A model generated the notes under the pieces. The model searched no databases and was not told the origin of the DNA. It was given only the letters and a program-made list of their open reading frames with translations. From the NCBI GenBank assembly GCA_037445915.1, contig JBBIJQ010000035.1, forward strand, positions 1 to 19,619: a stretch of 19,619 nucleotides of DNA, given 5' to 3'. Shown here piece by piece: positions 17,083 through 19,619 of this stretch (position 1 is the stretch's first letter; the number at the start of each line of letters is the position of its first letter). Both the position numbers and the translations under genes were made by a program. The DNA is from Planctomycetales bacterium (lineage in GTDB: Bacteria > 4484-113).

Positions 17083-18381
17083 ATGGGGCGGAGAGTAATT
17101 ATTGCGCTGGCAGTCCTCACAATCGCAACGGCGGGATTCGCTGCGCTTGCGCTCATAAATGGAGCGACGGCTGAATACTACGGCGGCGGCGCGCCGGCGT
17201 CACCTGCGCAGCCCTCGGCGCCGGTGGCGTTGGACATGGAAGAAGCAGGCAGCGCGTTCGCTGCGGCGTCCAATGCGCTGGGGCTTGGCCTCCTGCGCGA
17301 GATGCGCAAGGGCGAAAAGGGCAACCTCGTGTTTTCGCCGCTGTCGGTGCAGCTTGCGCTTGGCATGACGCTAAACGGCGCGGATGGCGTGACGGCAGCA
17401 CAGATGCACGATGCGATGGCGCTTGGCGCGATGGACCTTGGCGATGCGAACATGTCTGCGCGCTGGCTCATAAACTCGCTGGCGGGCGCGGATGAAAGCG
17501 TGGAGATGTCGCTTGCCGACTCGCTTTGGCTTGAGCGCGGGCTTGCGCTAAATCCCGATTTCGTTGCTACATGCCGCGACTTCTACAGCGCGGAGGTTAC
17601 CGAGACCAACCTCACGAGCCGCTATGCGCTCAAGCAAATGGACGACTGGGTCAAGGCGAAGACCAACGGCCGCATAAAGTCCATCATTGACCCGCCGGTT
17701 GACGATGCGACCGCGCTCATCCTCCTCAACGCAGTGTATTTCAAAGCCGCATGGGACAAGCCATTTGACAAGGAAGACACGCGCGATGACGACTTCACGC
17801 TAGCAAGCGGCGAAACGATGCCAGTGAAGATGATGCGCCAACACGCAGGCTGGGAGTATCAGGAAAACGAGGCCTTCCAAGCGGCGCGGTTGAAATACGG
17901 CGATGAGGACAGGTTTGGAATGTGCGTGTTCCTGCCGCGTGAAGGCGTGGGGCTTGACACGATGCTTGATGCGCTCGCGAAGCGGGATTGGCAGGAGTGG
18001 ATAGAAGAGTTCTACTGGATGGAAGGCACAGTCGGCCTGCCTCGCTTCAAGGTGGAATTCGGCGCGAAGCTAAACGACCCGCTTAAGGCGCTGGGGATGC
18101 GCGATGCGTTCATGCCCGACAAGGCGCGGTTCACGAAAATGGTTAACGCACTTGAGCCGCTTTGCATAGGGCTTGTGATGCACAAGGCGTTCATTGAAGT
18201 GAACGAGGCGGGGACGGAAGCAGCCGCTGCAACAGCGGTACACGGCTGGGCGACAGCGGCGCCGGGCGAGGAGCCTAAGACCTTCTCGCTTATTGCGCGC
18301 CGCCCGTTCATGTATGCCATCACCGAAGCCGATACCGGCGCAATCATATTCCTCGGTGTCGTTGGGCGGCCGGAGGAATAA
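17083..18381 (+). CDS. Secreted serpin (serine protease inhibitor, MEROPS I4)
   Basis: SD AAGGAG; N-terminal signal/TM segment; NLVFSPLS, WVKAKTNGRI, LLNAVYFKAAW, LPRFK, hinge EVNEAGTEAAAAT, RPFMYAI and FLG. Confidence 0.95.
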   Translation: MGRRVIIALAVLTIATAGFAALALINGATAEYYGGGAPASPAQPSAPVALDMEEAGSAFAAASNALGLGLLREMRKGEKGNLVFSPLSVQLALGMTLNGADGVTAAQMHDAMALGAMDLGDANMSARWLINSLAGADESVEMSLADSLWLERGLALNPDFVATCRDFYSAEVTETNLTSRYALKQMDDWVKAKTNGRIKSIIDPPVDDATALILLNAVYFKAAWDKPFDKEDTRDDDFTLASGETMPVKMMRQHAGWEYQENEAFQAARLKYGDEDRFGMCVFLPREGVGLDTMLDALAKRDWQEWIEEFYWMEGTVGLPRFKVEFGAKLNDPLKALGMRDAFMPDKARFTKMVNALEPLCIGLVMHKAFIEVNEAGTEAAAATAVHGWATAAPGEEPKTFSLIARRPFMYAITEADTGAIIFLGVVGRPEE

Positions 18382-18393
18382 GCGCGGCGCGTC

Positions 18394-19536
18394 TTAATCT
18401 GAAATCGCAACGGTTTCCTGGAAGGTGGCCCCGTCAGAGCGGTGGAAGGTTATTACCCAGTCGCCGGGGGACGGGAAAACAAGGCGCGTGCTGCTTTGCG
18501 CGCTTACCACATCCTCGGAATCAGGATCCAGCCAGTGCCAGTTGGTGTATATGAACGCCGATATAGTGTGCCCAGCCTCGTCAAAGTAGTAGTCCGCGCC
18601 ATAGCTTTGGAGATTGCTCCCATCTGGAATCGGGGCGCTGAAGGGGCATTCAAGCGGCGTGTTTGCGCGAGCTTCAGAAGGAACGGCGAAAGAGGTTGGT
18701 AAGCCCGCTGTGCGCGGGCATTCATCCTTAGGCGTTGGCCCTTGCGTTAAAAAACTCAGCGACAGACTTTCTGGGTTGTGACCTGAGATACCAACGTTTC
18801 GCTGCGCGGACATACCACCGCCGAAAACAAGAAGCCAGCTTCCTTCGCTGGGGAATACGATAGTCGTTATCGTGTTCTCGTTCCAAGCCCCTCGCTGTTC
18901 GCCAGTGTCCGCACGCCTTTCAAAGGCGTGCAGCCTTAGAATCTTGTTTTCCGTGTCAGTGTCCACGGCGAAACGGGTGAAGACGAGCTCCCCATCTTCA
19001 TGCGTGATGGTCACGCGCAATGATGTATGCTCGTTTGAAGCGACATGGACTGGAAGCAGGAAGTCGGTGACTTCTGCCTCACTTTCGTCGCCCTGCCAAT
19101 CACCGTAGGCGAGGATCGCGTGGCTTTGATTCCCGCACGTGATTGTCCATTCCCCTATTGCATCCAGTTTCACAGGGAAGCTGACTATCTCAGGCGGCGG
19201 AACCACCATAGGGAAAATCCCGCTTTGTTCTCGCGCAATTATCGTGATATCTATAATCCTGCCAGCCTGGTTTACCGCCAAATTCTTGCTCGTAATAACA
19301 TGCGCAGGCGAGCCAAATCCCACGGATACATTGATTGAAAACGCCTTGCCGGAGGCGATTGAATCCGGGGCGAATATAACGCAGTTGGCCTCGTATGGCG
19401 CGCCTGCCCATCTGTCAAATGCGGGCGGAAGTATGCCCCTTGCGACGCTACAGGAGGATGACGCTAAGGCTGTAAGACAGCATATGAAGGTTACCCAAAT
19501 CACTGTCAAAACGACATCCCGTTTAGAGCGGTTCAT
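18394..19536 (-). CDS. Putative lipoprotein with three tandem ~105-aa beta-rich repeats, unknown function
   Basis: SD GGGAG; basic N-region, hydrophobic stretch and lipobox-like LASSSC. Repeats end in VKLDAIGEWTI, IVFPSEGSWLL and LVFPSPGDWVI. Confidence 0.7.
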   Translation of the reverse strand: MNRSKRDVVLTVIWVTFICCLTALASSSCSVARGILPPAFDRWAGAPYEANCVIFAPDSIASGKAFSINVSVGFGSPAHVITSKNLAVNQAGRIIDITIIAREQSGIFPMVVPPPEIVSFPVKLDAIGEWTITCGNQSHAILAYGDWQGDESEAEVTDFLLPVHVASNEHTSLRVTITHEDGELVFTRFAVDTDTENKILRLHAFERRADTGEQRGAWNENTITTIVFPSEGSWLLVFGGGMSAQRNVGISGHNPESLSLSFLTQGPTPKDECPRTAGLPTSFAVPSEARANTPLECPFSAPIPDGSNLQSYGADYYFDEAGHTISAFIYTNWHWLDPDSEDVVSAQSSTRLVFPSPGDWVITFHRSDGATFQETVAISD

Positions 19537-19619
19537 AGTCCATCTCCCGCGCGAGTAAAGAAAATTACCCCAAGACGGCTTATTCTTCCCTCCAATGTTA
19601 GCGATGAAACACCGATGGT

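Noticed and set aside
15290-19536. Prophage or genomic island starting at the terminase
   Set aside because: No integrase, att site, portal, capsid or tail genes; downstream genes are a serpin and a lipoprotein with the host tetranucleotide bias.

Overview
Bacterial chromosomal DNA of about 60% GC (estimated by eye), from an LPS-containing (diderm) organism. It has a short Gram-positive-type gyrB and an archaeal/Thermus-type proS, which fits a deep-branching or candidate lineage (inference). Gene order: amrS (+); three tandem exported HtrA/DegQ-fold+PDZ genes directly downstream of proS (-); an LptD-like outer-membrane barrel (+); gyrB, lptB and an MsbA-like ABC exporter (-); a 60-aa ORF coupled to asnS (-); an intact but solitary phage large terminase (+); a secreted serpin (+); and a three-repeat lipoprotein (-). 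The strongest signal is the HtrA trio. The middle paralog has a complete His-Asp-Ser triad, while both flanking paralogs have lost all three catalytic residues but remain full-length, suggesting a hetero-oligomeric protease with one active and two pseudo-protease subunits. The active copy has a frameshift (about 10 nt deleted) in its PDZ domain, either real or an assembly error. Other notable features: the orphan terminase; nested REP/REPIN-like palindromic elements in most large intergenic gaps; a 30-nt mini-element inserted both into a REP and in frame into the terminase; near-total TCGA avoidance; and repeated extended -10 promoters with very short leaders. No rRNA, tRNA, CRISPR array or transposase was recognised.
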